DNA of 64,000 nt, the filler included, from Rhabdomonas costata (Eukaryota), in NCBI GenBank assembly GCA_019059605.1. It is 47 parts of 47 records of this genome, joined end to end, with 100 filler letters (N's around TTAATTAATTAA, not from the genome) between each part and the next. Parts side by side here need not be neighbours in the genome. Positions count along the whole stretch, not along the records: positions 10,925 to 12,187 come from JAHMHO010021383.1; positions 12,288 to 13,552 come from JAHMHO010021384.1; positions 13,653 to 14,917 come from JAHMHO010021385.1; positions 15,018 to 16,282 come from JAHMHO010021386.1; positions 16,383 to 17,647 come from JAHMHO010021387.1; positions 17,748 to 19,012 come from JAHMHO010021388.1; positions 19,113 to 20,377 come from JAHMHO010021389.1; positions 20,478 to 21,742 come from JAHMHO010021390.1; 39 more parts are not named here. One strand, given 5' to 3'. Within the stretch, counting starts at the first letter, position 1; the number at the start of each line of letters is the position of its first letter. Shown here piece by piece: positions 12,132 through 25,594 of the stretch. The position numbers and the translations under genes are program-made. The notes beneath the pieces are model-generated. The model saw only the letters and a list, made by a program, of their open reading frames with translations. It ran no database searches and was not told where the DNA came from.

Positions 12132-15100
12132 GTACTAATGACAAACGGAAGCAACGAAAAAGAAAACTCACACCACCAGGAGACCGTNNNNNNNNNNNNN
12201 NNNNNNNNNNNNNNNNNNNNNNNNNNNNNNNTTAATTAATTAANNNNNNNNNNNNNNNNNNNNNNNNNNNNNNNNNNNNNNNNNNNNGGTGGTTTGTACA
12301 GATCTGGCGTGTGTGCGTGAGCGTGCAAGCGTTTGGGTTGCTCACTTCCACTAAGGTGGCGAAATGGAGGAAATTCTTCAAAACCGGATAAAGGTACAAA
12401 AAAGGAAAGGAAGGAGTACTAGAAACTGAGAAGAGTGAAGTCCCGATGCAAGATTGAGCCATGAGAAACGCACGTTCGACCCTTTTCAGCCGAGGGAGAG
12501 AATCCAGTTACGCGACAGCTGTGCTATCAGTGTAAGGGCGTGCACGTTAAGGGCAGTTGTTTCAAGAAAAAGAAGAACTCAGCGCGTCAAAAACAGAGCA
12601 CACCGCCTCCAATCGGCGGAAGGGCCTTCGGCACCGGAAACCTCGGGCCCGTGGGCTGCAGAACGGGAGTACAAAATCGGGAAAAACATAGTAGCAGACA
12701 AAAGAGACTAAAGAAACAACAAGGTTTTTAACAGACAAAAAAAAACAGACCAAAAAGCATAATGCCTGAGATCGGATGAAAAAAATCACGAAGCTGTGGG
12801 ACCTTCTTTTGGGGCCGCGTAGCCATGATGGCCGGTGCAAAGCCGTTGAAGGCTCGGACCAAGCTCTCGAGGGAACGGCGAATCACCCGAACCTGAAAAA
12901 GTAGCGGATAATCAGAACTTCCCTGGCCACGAAATGGACAAGCATAAAACAAAACAGTGGATGTCGTGAAACACACGCATGCACGCGCATACACACCTCA
13001 AACTCCAAATCCGGAGCTTCACCAGCCCTGTGAAGGACGAAACATAACAATCAGAGAGATCGCAAGACCCCACCCTCCCGCGCTCCACATAAAAACAAAA
13101 GCGTGCATTCCACGCTTCATGATCTAAAGCTTTTCCTCCCATAAAAAGGTTTCCAGTCTGTCGGAACTTCATCTGCATATGTGCACGGCGAAGTGCAGGG
13201 AAGTCACACAGTCTTGTCCGATTGTGGCAGCAACAGCGGCGCAAAATCACGAGTACAGAAACATGGGGAAATAAGAAGAGGAGGCGGTGAACGCGAAGGA
13301 AAAACACTGTCCTTCGCTTCCATTTTTCATTCTAACACCCTTTCCTCGCTTTCTCATTCCAGCATCCCCTCTCCCTCCTAGTGATACCCACACACCCGCA
13401 CAAGTGCGAAGCCTTGAAGGTCTTAGTAGACAGCGAGCTGGGGGTGATGGTGACGGCCCCAGGCGAAGCCGGCACTGGCCTCGACCGCACTGTACCATCC
13501 GCGTTGAACATCACCCCGGGATCCTCTCGGTAGGGTGTAGAACCAACCAACCNNNNNNNNNNNNNNNNNNNNNNNNNNNNNNNNNNNNNNNNNNNNTTAA
13601 TTAATTAANNNNNNNNNNNNNNNNNNNNNNNNNNNNNNNNNNNNNNNNNNNNTTTTGGTTGGATTGCTCGAAAGAAGTGGAAAACGGCAGAATCAAAGAG
13701 GAAACGTAAATAAGGAAATGAAAAGTCGCGGGATCTGTGGTAGAAAAGGCGGCAAATGGACGCGAAAGAGGATGCAGTGGTAGCGGTGCGGCGGGTGGGA
13801 GAAGGGCAGAGCAAGCCCCTTCTGCAAATGTGCGGTGTGCAATTGCAAAGGGATATAGAAACCTCCCAAGCCCACCCAATAACGGAGCAAATCTTAGCAC
13901 CGGAGAAGTTTCGCAAGGATCGGGGCAATTCAAGAAACGTTTCGATTCACATTGAAAAAAAAAAACGCCGCAGCACAGCAAAGTTATTTAGTATTTTGGC
14001 CAGTTTCGAGTTTCGGAGACCTTGGGAATGACTGAGATCAAAGCACCTGGGAACGGCACTGACTGAGGAGAGCCAAGGGAAAAAAGGAATACCGAATGAA
14101 GTTACATCAGAAAAGCGCACTACAAGCCCAGCAGTCGCGCAAGGGTGGAGGCGAGGTGGAGGCGATCCTTCTGAAGGGAAACACTGAGCTTCTGAAACTG
14201 CCACCACTCGAAACCAGCAACGCACCCAATGCACAGCAGGCAGCCGACAGACCGTCAAAAAAAAGTTCCGGGACAAATCCCCACGATGGTAAGACGGGCT
14301 CAACGAGCCATCGCACGCGACGCATCCATTCAAGGACAGGCGCCCGGGCACACGACTGAGAGAGCCCCAGACTACCCAAAAACCACGGGTTGAAATTGGC
14401 CACTGGAGACTGGAGGGCACACCCCATGACCACTTCGTTCGTATGTACCTGGAAAGCAAGTCTCCACATATTCATAATTTCTCTGTGTGTGTGCTGCACA
14501 AACAACCCGCTGAAAGTGGCTGTCGCCTTTTCGCCAAATTTCGTTTATCAGTGATTCATACCCCAACATAGATTCGATAGATTCGGTAAGCGCGCAACTC
14601 GAGCTCGCACTTCTTCCGCATTTGTTGTGGTTGTACCATAAGCCATTACTGAGCGTTGACCTATTGCAACATTGTCTTTGTGTGATTTTGCAACCCCAAA
14701 TCGATGCGATTCGGACCCCAAAAACGTAACGTCAAAATTTAAACTCGAAACTGAAAACTTAAACTTAACCTCGGCCACACACATAGAGAGAAGCTCACAT
14801 GAAGCTCGGCCCATTTCTGAGCCTGACACCAGCCCACCCTTCGCAGCAGCTCACACGGCGGGTGGCCCCGCTCGTGCCCCACACACACAGACACGACGTC
14901 GCGAGAACCCCACCCCCNNNNNNNNNNNNNNNNNNNNNNNNNNNNNNNNNNNNNNNNNNNNTTAATTAATTAANNNNNNNNNNNNNNNNNNNNNNNNNNN
15001 NNNNNNNNNNNNNNNNNTGTTTGTTGGGGATTGTGCCTGACTAGAAAATCAGGAAACATTGTTATGTGTATCGCCAAATTGTTGTGTGGTGTTTTTATTT

Positions 15101-15345
15101 TTTCTATCCATTGATTTTACATTTGTATTTGGGAGACGTTCAGGTCCCTTCCGAATGGTTTCGTTTGATCCGTATTGCAGGCGCAACCACCGGTGTTTCA
15201 AATTAGCGTGTGCTCCCCACTTCTGGCGTTTTCACGCGATAGCGGGATAGTGTCAGTCTTTGGGATTAGGTGTCTGTGCGGGCTGAACTTAATATGTGTA
15301 GGGTGTTGCTTTTCTCCCTCGAAGCGATTGTCTCTTTTCACGCAG

Positions 15346-15753
15346 GGAGATACCCGTGGGGTACCTCTGCCCTCCTGTTCCGAACCGTGAGGCCTACGTT
15401 CGATGGATCGCGCAGCTCGTCCTCTCTCCTGGCGCTGCCGGCACAGACCTTCGTGGGATAGACATAGGTCAGAGCCTCTCTTTTTAAGCAGAGCTTCTGA
15501 AACATTTTGTTCGCTTGTTCTTGTTTTTCTCACGGGACATCGAAAGTCTCCCTTCCTTCTCTCACTTACGCTGCCTCTGGGATCGGCCTTGGCGTGATCT
15601 TTTGGGCTCCGTTTTTGTGTTCCCACAGGGACGGGGGCGTCCTGTATCTACCCTTTGCTGGGCAATGCCCTGTTTGGGTTCCAGTTTGTCGCCACTGAGG
15701 CGGACCCCAAGTCCAGGGACCTGGCACAGCAGAACGTCAGCCGCAACAATCTG
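15346..15753 (+). CDS. METTL16: METTL16/RlmF-family RNA m6A methyltransferase, two exons (15346-15467, 15629-15753)
   Basis: Spliced translation EIPVGYLCPPVPNREAYVRWIAQL...RGIDIG/TGASCIYPLLG...FVATEADPKSRDLAQQNVSRNNL; DIGTGASCIYPLLG is the family SAM-binding motif; GT-AG intron in matching phase. Confidence 0.93.
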
Positions 15754-16867
15754 GTCCGTTTGATACCCACCCAACCACCCTTACTACAAAAAAGGAAGCC
15801 TCGGTTTTTGCCTTGCTCTTCAAACGATGTCCAGATTAATTCTTTTGTATTCACGCTCGACTATGATTCTTGGTAATCCATTGGGTTTGTTTTTCACTGT
15901 GGCGACAAACGTTGCAGTCTCTGTTAGGGGATCTGTTAGGGATGGTTCTGCAATTGTGAATTGCTTAATTGTTTTCTGTCTCTTTTTCTTGTTTCCGCTC
16001 GTGCTTGTCTGCTTGTCATGTTCTTTTTCAGGATGAGAAAATCGAAGTTCGGCTTGTCGACGTATGCCACGCTCGCCAATTTCTTCCAACTGAGCGATTT
16101 GATTTTGCACCACGAAATCTGGAATACAAGCACGCGTCGGACGAACCTGCATTTTGATGATGATGTCTGATGTGAAACGCTGAACACTTTTGGTCGGGAG
16201 GTCTTGTGATCGGGTGAAGTGCCGATGTTCCTTTTCCATTTTGTTCTCAAGTGCGTTTCAGGGATGCACCACCCACCAAGGANNNNNNNNNNNNNNNNNN
16301 NNNNNNNNNNNNNNNNNNNNNNNNNNTTAATTAATTAANNNNNNNNNNNNNNNNNNNNNNNNNNNNNNNNNNNNNNNNNNNNTTTTGGGGTGGACATTTT
16401 CCTTCAAAAGAAAGTAGACCGTGAAACGGCGCGGTTCTACTTTCGTTCAACAACTCAGATAGTTCACCACCACTTGCGGATAGGGCAGTCTAAACGAAGC
16501 TGAAAGAATCCGTTCAGTTCGATGTGCAGTCAAAAAAGTTCTACTATTTGCAATAAAACCCCAGCCACCAAAGTCCACGCTTCAGTTGACCACCTTGGCC
16601 GCCCCGCGGACTCGCCTAGAAATGTCAGCAAGGCGCGACGACCAACACATCTGCTTTATGCTTTCCACGAAAACCATCCACCCAAATTCAAAACGCTCTC
16701 GGGCAGGGCAGCCGACCAAACCTGCCCGTACAGGAGAAGTAGATAGGAATCAGGGTGTTCCCTTAAAATATAGAGAAAAAGATGAGTTGAGGGGAAAGCC
16801 CATGGGGAGCTGCTCTAGATGCCCAACACGATCATGGGCCACATTATTTGTAGAGGAAACGGTCCTC

Positions 16868-17183
16868 CCTGTGTGAAGGCAAAAAGGGCTCAATATCACC
16901 CAAAAGGGCCGTCGAATAGCTTCTAGGGTGGCTGTACACACGCATTCAGGCCCACTCCGGTGCCAAGTGCTCCTGGGCTTAAGGTATGCTAAGCAGGCCC
17001 GGCCGAATGCTCTGGCTCAGTATGCAGGCCTGCATCTGTCCAAAAAGGGCCCTTGAAAATTTTCGGAGTCGAAAATGCCCTGAAAAGGGCAAAAAAAAAA
17101 GGAACCTTGAAGGGGCCGTATCTCGGCGTAGAGAAGGTGTCCGAGGCCAGGATGCGGCCATCCAATTCCTCTCAGGGGTACTA
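16868..17183. repeat. Dispersed repeat family B, copy 1
   Basis: Long collinear similarity to 60937-61285, with shared blocks GGCCCACTCCGGTGCCA, ATGCTAAGCAGGCCCGGCCGAA, GTCGAAAATGCCCT and TATCTCGGCGTAGAGAAGG. Confidence 0.92.
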
Positions 17184-17434
17184 CCGTCCCACCAAATGTG
17201 AGCCCCAACCCTTCACTCCAGCTCGAGTTCTGGTCCACGTTAAGTCTCCGGTCTGGTTCGGGAGTGACCATACCGGATGTCACGTGTTGGCTTTCCTCTC
17301 GACTCATGTTTTCTCTATTCGCGAGCCACTGCTGCACTTAGGTCCGTGCCAATAATGCGGCCCATGATCGTGTTGGGCTTCTACAGGAGCTTCCAGTTGG
17401 CGTTACAGTTACAGGAGTTACAGTTCTGAGGGTT

Positions 17435-17647
17435 CTACCAGGTGGACCTATCTAGCCTCTTCAGCCGGCCTTCCGTACCTCCCGACTTGTCGGAGGCCTC
17501 ATCCGAAATGGGGGGGCCCAAAACTTCACCCTGTTCGCTGGGTAACTGCAAAAATCTGAGCGCATCTCTGGCTTTCGCGTGCCCTTGGTCTGCCGCCTGG
17601 CGGTACCACTCCTTCGCCATCGGTATGTTCCTTTCCACCCCAACCCC
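17435..17647 (-). CDS. Sel1-like repeat protein, C-terminal fragment
   Basis: GVERNIPMAKEWYRQAADQGHAKARDAL is a canonical Sel1 repeat. Confidence 0.88.
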   Translation of the reverse strand, partial: GVGVERNIPMAKEWYRQAADQGHAKARDALRFLQLPSEQGEVLGPPISDEASDKSGGTEGRLKRLDRSTW

Positions 17648-20600
17648 NNNNNNNNNNNNNNNNNNNNNNNNNNNNNNNNNNNNNNNNNNNNTTAATTAAT
17701 TAANNNNNNNNNNNNNNNNNNNNNNNNNNNNNNNNNNNNNNNNNNNNGTGGTGTGGGTAGGCAAACAGGCTGAGGGAGGACGGGGTTTGAGGTGTGGTCC
17801 CATGGGCGGCGGTCAAGGCGGTAGGTCTTGTTTAATTTCAACAGTGAACCCCCTTCTCTTCTTTTTTGCCATTCAGTATGGGGATGGTAGAGTTGGGGGC
17901 TCGAGTGGAGTATGTGCAAAGGCAAGCCTGAAGTTCGAACAGGTTTCTATTTCAAGATGCGGGTGACGTTTGGTCCGCTGAGCGAAGCCGAGGTCTGAGG
18001 GGGGGGTTTCCTTTTACCTCTTCCGTTGTTGTTGTTTTTTTGCCCCGAACACAAACATGCACAGCAGGAGGATGAGTACTCCGGGTCACCATTCCGCTCA
18101 GCAAAAGCAAAAAAAAAGTTTCTGGAGGGACAAGACAGAAGAGGGTTTATTCCACATTAATCTGAATCCGGCAAAAAGCGCTTTCGTGCCTCCTGGACGC
18201 ACGAAAAAAAAAAGCGGTTGGAAAACCTGCCCTTAAGCCACGAAAATAGCCCACGTTGTCCAAAGTACCAAAGTCCCCGGGAAATTCGGGAAGAAGCCAA
18301 GTCGGGCAAGTTGCAAACTGCTTCATCCAAGCGGTGATTTTTGACGAGACTCCATCGACACCTGAGCTTTGCACACGAGCTGCTTGTGGAGGCTTTAAAA
18401 TGAAACCCCGCAGCCTCGTCACCTCGCGCCATCTCATTTCCACACATGCCTGTGTGCAAGCGTGGATGCGCCAGCGTTTGCAGCCGCTCCGACACCAATT
18501 CGAAGACAGACTCGCGACTGGACTGGGAACCAAAATGAAGCCATCCATCCCGAACTCATCCAAAAAGTACCTTCGTGGTTAATATGGTCCGTAGACACCA
18601 CAACCACCGACTTGGCCTTGGGGTCGTAGCTGGTGAGCATCGAGCCATCCAGCCCGATATCCACAGAGTGGTACTGAAGCAAAAAGCATTTGCAGAAACG
18701 GCGATGAAAGCATTGTCTTAATGACATCGTGGCAGAGGCCGCGGGTCAGTGCTGTGGCTGTGGCAGGGACGTTTCCTGAAGCCAAACAGTATTTGAGCAA
18801 ACGGCGACGGAAACTTTGTCCAAATGATGTCGTGGCGGACGAGAAGGGCGGTTTGATCTAAAAATGGTTTCAGCGCCGCACAGCGGGTGGCTGAGGCGGA
18901 AATGTCTTCTTGGGGAAGATCAATGGCGAGACACCTCAACGTCGACGCATTGAAGGGGGACGACCCCACACCTTGTCTCACCTTCCGTAGCATAGCGTCC
19001 AAAAAGTTCACCNNNNNNNNNNNNNNNNNNNNNNNNNNNNNNNNNNNNNNNNNNNNTTAATTAATTAANNNNNNNNNNNNNNNNNNNNNNNNNNNNNNNN
19101 NNNNNNNNNNNNGAAACGACACACACACTCACACCACACACCACACACCATGTTGCCGAGCTCCCTCCGCTTTTGCAGATTGACGTGCGAGTAGATGTCC
19201 AGTTTGGGCTGTGAGAAAGTCATGGCATATGAAATATCCCTGAGCCGCCAAAGACGGGAGACAGAACGGCAAACACCCTTGTCCAAACAACATTACAGAA
19301 CTCCATATACAGCCATATACAGCGCTGTCAGAACCTGCCGGGAACACAAATGATTAACTTTCGCTGAAACCAAAAGGAAAAAGAAGACCCGAAACCCATC
19401 AAAAATACTGCAGTGAACACGATATGGCGCCAATTACATCCAGCAGCTCAAAATGCACACCGCGTCGTTTTTGCTCGACCATCTGCCCAATGTTTGCTTG
19501 AACAGTTGCGCAAGGATTCCCGGCTTTTCCGCGGGCTGCAAGACATTTGCCAGCCGTGGAAAGCTGCGGGCAAGCATCGCTTTCTCAGCACCCTGCGCCT
19601 CCCAGCGTGATGTATTTTACTCTACCCTCAAAAACGCTTCGAAGGATTCGGAAACCACCCAATGAAACGGGAAATCTGCAGCCTGAGAATAAATCAGTGG
19701 ATACCACAAAACCACCCTTAAACAACACCGAAAAGCATCGCAGCATATATCAACTGGACTCCATTATCACAACTGCAGCACACCATTATCACATTATTAC
19801 ATTACATTGCTCAGTGGAGGACTCCAAATTCCGAGAGTTCAATGGACTTCAGTATGCCGAACACAGCAATTCAGTGTATAAAACCACAAAGGGAGTGGGG
19901 CGACAATCTGATGGCAGCATGTCTCATCAAGTCCTGACCTGAACTCAAGACAATACTCGGGCATCGAGGACGGAGGTTTAGTGAACAATGCCCAAAAATG
20001 AGCAAAACGGGCCAGAAAAATGAGTCGGGGGTCAATAACAGTGAAAGAGAAATAGTTTCGAAGCTAGATTCATTCTACAGGGTAGCCAATCGTAACTGGA
20101 AGAAAACAAGACGTGACAAGAAATTGCACGCGATGACGCAAATCACTGGCCACTTTTCATGGTGACGTTCCCTTTTCGAATCGAGTTTTTTCAAATTCGT
20201 ACCTTCCGTTAAAGGCAGCAACCGCAAACGGACGCTTCAGCACCCGCCTCCCGCCACTCTAACGCACCGCAATCCCGAGCAGCTTTACGATTCGCAAATT
20301 CGCATAAAAGAAGATCTCCACCTCTAATTCAGTTCCCCCACACTCTGCACAATAAAGCGGTCGACCGACACTCATTANNNNNNNNNNNNNNNNNNNNNNN
20401 NNNNNNNNNNNNNNNNNNNNNTTAATTAATTAANNNNNNNNNNNNNNNNNNNNNNNNNNNNNNNNNNNNNNNNNNNNGGGGGGTTTTCCTTGTGCTGGAG
20501 AGAAGCTGTTTTTAAGGTCCACCCTTGGATTGGCTGGCCTGTACCTTTTTTATTTGACGTTGAGTTGGGCGGGGAGTCCTGTGAACTCCTTGGACCCTCA

Positions 20601-21914
20601 TACACGCCGAGAGAGTGCCGGTTGATCTGTCGGCACAGGGAGGACAATGCAGGGTGAATCGCTTACGATACCCTCGATGTGTGGCAATATCACGTCGTTG
20701 GGTTTACTTTCGCGTTTCGGTTGCACAGAATGTGGGGAGCTTCTTCTGATTGTGGTCGCGATCGTGATTGTTATTCGTGAAAAATAGCGTCCCTCAGAAA
20801 AAGTATTTGCATTTTCGAACAGCTTCCCTTCTTTTCACTTGCTTTGTCAAGATCAGTGAGGCAATGGTTTTGATTTTGCATCTTCTTTTTCGTCTGATGC
20901 TGGGGCTGGGGGTTTGCAACACAAAGGGGTGCGATGCCCTATGCACTCCTCTCCTTTCTTGACTTTGTTGACACGTTGCAGCGTTTTTTGCCCGTGCTTT
21001 TTTTCCTTCCGTGCTACTTTTCGCCACTCTTGCTCAAGAAGGTTGAGATGCCTGTGGCGCCTCACCGGTGGTAGTCTGTGTGTGTGCGCGCGCGGTACGT
21101 GAGTGGGACGTCCTCGTGCGTGTGTACTTGCCGAGGGGTGTCTTCCCCTCTCCTGTCTGTGTGTCTGTCTGTGTGTCTGTCTGCGTGTCTGTCTGTGAGA
21201 GCAAACCCATGTCAGTGCTCGCGAAGATGCTGGTGAACCCCAGCGCTCACGACCACGCGCACAAGCTCGACGTGATTCAGGACCCCAGGCTGAGAACTTG
21301 CCTCACGGTATGCATCCATGCGGGCGTCCTTTTCCCACATTCTCTCGTTCTGGCGTGCAGCCCGACGAGCACGTCTCTAGTCGCAGGCTTCCTCCCCACA
21401 GTGGGGTTCGACGAGAGAAGGCCGCAGTGCAGGAGTTGAGTCTCGGTGGTTCCATGCTGGGATAAAAAACCGCTTTTTAAAAATGTTTGTGTCAGTTGGG
21501 GGAGGGGGTGAGTTGTTGTCTGGATTTTTGAGCTTATGCATGTGGGCGGGGTCAGCACGCCAATATGAGGGGTAGATTCACATTCCCACCCCGCGAAAAA
21601 AAAAACGGAGTACACCGCAGAACGAGCTAACGAGCAGATCCCGGCCCAAAGGGCCTCATCACCCCACACAAAGACCCGGTTTGTTTAACGTTATCATGAG
21701 GGTAATGTGCACCAAAATAAGGGCTGAAATCCCCCACACACANNNNNNNNNNNNNNNNNNNNNNNNNNNNNNNNNNNNNNNNNNNNTTAATTAATTAANN
21801 NNNNNNNNNNNNNNNNNNNNNNNNNNNNNNNNNNNNNNNNNNTACAATCGATCCGGTTGCGAATCAGAACCCCACTCCCCAGAGTAGCATGGGCCAAAAT
21901 CACATTGCAAGAAC

Positions 21915-22973
21915 CTCGATAATTGATGGTGATCCAGTAGGCGTACAGCTTCGCGCAGGCTGTGCGGCACACAAATCCATGTGTGAGACATTTGTGCGTA
22001 TGTGTGTGAGCGTGCGTGGGAAACCCTCCCGCTGGGTTATGTGTGGACAGAGATACATTGTTTCTGTGCATCCGCAGCATGCGCGGGACCCTCGTCTTCT
22101 TCCCCACTTTCCAGTTTGGATAGAGTGAGGAAGAGCCGGCGGCGGCGTTACACCACAGGTGATACATTATCAACAAGGAGAGAAAAACCACGCACGGAGA
22201 AAGATCAGAGCAGCATAAAGCAATGGCGAAAGAATGGCGGAAAGCAACGTGATGTGGAAATGCAAGACCCAACGAACTCCCGCCCACACCGTAGGGAGAG
22301 CGGGGGTAGAAAGGGGTGGTCTCCTTCTGCGGGATCTCCATCACCTGTCCAAACAGCTCCGAAGTCGAGGCCTGAAGGCCACATCAGAAGACAGAGAGAG
22401 AGAGACAGAAAGAGAGACAGAGAGAGAGAGGAAAAGTTACCCCCTATGAAGGGACAAAGGTATGGGCCGTTGCATGCGCATATTGCGCACAATGAAACTA
22501 GTAAAGGTTGGATGCAACATGGTACACAGCACGCAAGGGTGCCTTTCCACCAAGATACTGCTTGCGCCTGTCCACTTGTCCCCCCGCTCTTATATAGGCA
22601 AAGCACCTTCGAAGATATCTCCCGGTGTTTCGAATGAGTGAATTGCAAGTACAAAAGTATTGACGAAAGCTTTGAACTGGTCCCTGCAGCAGCACAGGAA
22701 AGCCCAACGAATCAACGCACCCCTGGCACACATTTGGTACGAGTCCCCAAAACAACCAAGGCTCAACCAAAGCGGCATTCCTCACCTCCTCTTGCAATCT
22801 GGCACGCAATTTAAAACACACACTGTGGTCGCGCAGCGACACCTGATAGAACTTGACCTTGTGCGTCATCCCGGAGGCTTTGATCGCGTCGAGCATCTTC
22901 AGAACGCCCAACCCGTCCGCAGATCCGGTGTACTCGGGCAGCTCAAACGAGACCTTGACGTGGCTCTGGGCAG
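21915..22973 (-). CDS. GMDS: GDP-mannose 4,6-dehydratase, three exons (22973-22843, 22371-22290, 21959-21915)
   Basis: [16 protein letters not shown]...[12 protein letters not shown]...[28 protein letters not shown]; catalytic T-x-E and YxxxK motifs; both introns GT-AG and in phase. Confidence 0.97.
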
Positions 22974-25433
22974 CTGAGAAAAGCGAAAACTAAAAGAAAT
23001 CCTTAGCACTTACGCTGAAATCTAAGAGCCATATTAAACCATCTCCGTATCCAAGTGTTGATACCCTGTCTGCGCTTCTCGGACCCTCTCACCCCCACAA
23101 CCCCCCCNNNNNNNNNNNNNNNNNNNNNNNNNNNNNNNNNNNNNNNNNNNNTTAATTAATTAANNNNNNNNNNNNNNNNNNNNNNNNNNNNNNNNNNNNN
23201 NNNNNNNGAAAAACGCCAGGGAAGGGAAGGGGAAAGCAAACAGGAGGTTCCACGTCACAGAGGTGGGGCATGCACATGCGCGTAATGCGTAGCTCGAACC
23301 ACGCACCACACAAAGACAAAATACAGAGGAAGGTAGAGGAGTGTATGCAATACTGAGAAAGAAAAAAAGGAACAGGTCCAGAAAAGCGCACATCAAAAAC
23401 GGAGCCATTTGAGCATCGAACAATTAGAAGGATCAGTTGACCGGAGGAATTTCGGCTTGGCAGCGGTACTTGTACACGTACACTATTGTTCGAAGTTCCG
23501 ATGAAGGGGGAGAATATCGATTATCGATATCCAAAGCAAAGTTGCAGCGTTTTCCCTTTCTGCCATCACGAGCTCGATAAAGCAGAACAGACCATCCAGA
23601 AACAAAGGCATCGACAGAAATTTTCCCCTTCAGAATCAAACTGGTAAGCAAGCAAGGATCACGCGAGCCAAAGCACGAGTGAACAAGGGCGCAGGGCAGG
23701 TGACATTCACATATTCACACATACACAATTTCCTGCAGAACGCAGAACGCGTGTCCATGCAGATTCAAACAATGGCTCCTGCTTGGGTCTCAGACAATCT
23801 TCTTCACCGATGGAGAAGAAGCTGGGGCCATCTGAGACTCCATCGTGTGGCGAGGAGATCTACACATCCCACATACCAAAAACGGGGCTCGCAGATACGC
23901 ACGTCATTTTCAAAAAAAAATGCGTGAACCAACATCCCGGCACAAAATGACGGGAAGGGCGGGGAAGGGGGGGCTGCGTGTTCAAGTAGTGAACGATTCT
24001 CCGTCATGAGCACAGAGTCAACCGAAAAAAATGGATAGATAGAAATGGGCTTCACCAGGCGCGAGTATCTGGATCAAATTCGACTGCAATGAATGGTGTC
24101 ACCCATTCCCAAGTTCTTCCAAACTTACACGACGCCCTTCCCAGGCGGCACCCCTCTGACCCCGAAAAAACAATGCAAAGGACACTTGCAGGGCAAACCT
24201 CAGCAAAAGGGGGCATTCCGACTGGTGCGGCGAGAAGTCGTAGAAGATCACACAGTCAAAGTCCTCTGAGTCACACACACATACACACACGTACAACCTT
24301 GCACCGACCCACACAAGCACAGAAGGGTATAAAATGCACAACAGATAAAGCACTGTAACACTTGGGATCGGTTTGTGTGGGGCAAATCATCTTGCATAGC
24401 CGCCCGGCAAATGGCGTAAACTTTTAAGAGACAACACAGATCCATCCTCATGGAGGTGTAGCCAACCCCAACNNNNNNNNNNNNNNNNNNNNNNNNNNNN
24501 NNNNNNNNNNNNNNNNTTAATTAATTAANNNNNNNNNNNNNNNNNNNNNNNNNNNNNNNNNNNNNNNNNNNNGTCGGTGGTTGTGTCCCAAAATTGACCC
24601 ACGAGGAAGAGGGGGTGAAGATGCTTAATTAACGTTAGCTCCACCCGGAAACTGAGAGAATATTCCGTGACATTTTGATCTGAAGTCTTTGTGCGCTATA
24701 TTTGGGCCGCTGGTCTCGGATGGGTGTCTCTGAGTAGAGGTGCATAAACGACAGCTGGCAGTATAGCTTGGCAAACAGAAGGGGTTGCGCACAGACTTTT
24801 CCGCGTACAGGCTGCCATTTGCCCCAATCCAGCGTCCTATTGGGAACACGGTACAGACGACGGAAGGTTTAGACCGTGAACCTGAGTTCAGTCCATGTGA
24901 CAAAAAGTCTCACTTCACGGTGGAGCCCACTATATATATGCCCCTTTAGGATCAGTTTATTGAAAGTTCCGGCAGTGATGCAGGGGATCATTGCAGGCAA
25001 CGGCGCAGTGCTGGAACATACATGAACACGGGGGGTGCGTGGAAAAGGAAGGGAAAAGGAGGAAACGAATCAGGGAACTGCGATACGGGCGTAAGGCACT
25101 ATAAGACTAAAAGTATCCAAAGTTGGGATTCGAGAAAACCCGGAAACGGCATGCGGTCTAGAAATAGAGAGAGGTGGGCGTAACGGGGGTGAGACCTCGG
25201 AGTGGGGAGGAACGGGAGAAGCACCACAAGAGCAGGATGATAATTGCGGGAAAATTGTGTGCGTGCGTCGGCGGAGCATCGGAAGAGAACGGAGAGGAAC
25301 AAAGATGAGTTTATTTTGAGTTTTTGTTTAGTATTGTTTTTAAGGAGCCTTTTTGTGCCTACTGCACATGTCTTCGGTGCTTGTCCCCCAAATTCATTAC
25401 GATCATGACCTGACCCCCCCTCCCCTCGAACAG

Positions 25434-25594
25434 GGGAGCTTTCCCAGGCGCCCAATCTGGAGCTGGGCATCCCGGCCATTCCTATCACCGCCCCCGGGAC
25501 TTTGGTGACCAGCGTGGCCTGCCAGCTGGGGTACACCGCTCCCGATGTGGGGTGGGGCTTGAGCTTCACCAAGTTTCGGTTTTCCGTCTACGAG
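25434..25594 (+). CDS. Probable internal exon of an unknown protein
   Basis: GC-rich open segment bounded by CAG and G|GT; ELSQAPNLELGIPAIPITAPGTLVTSVACQLGY...; no family recognised. Confidence 0.4.
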
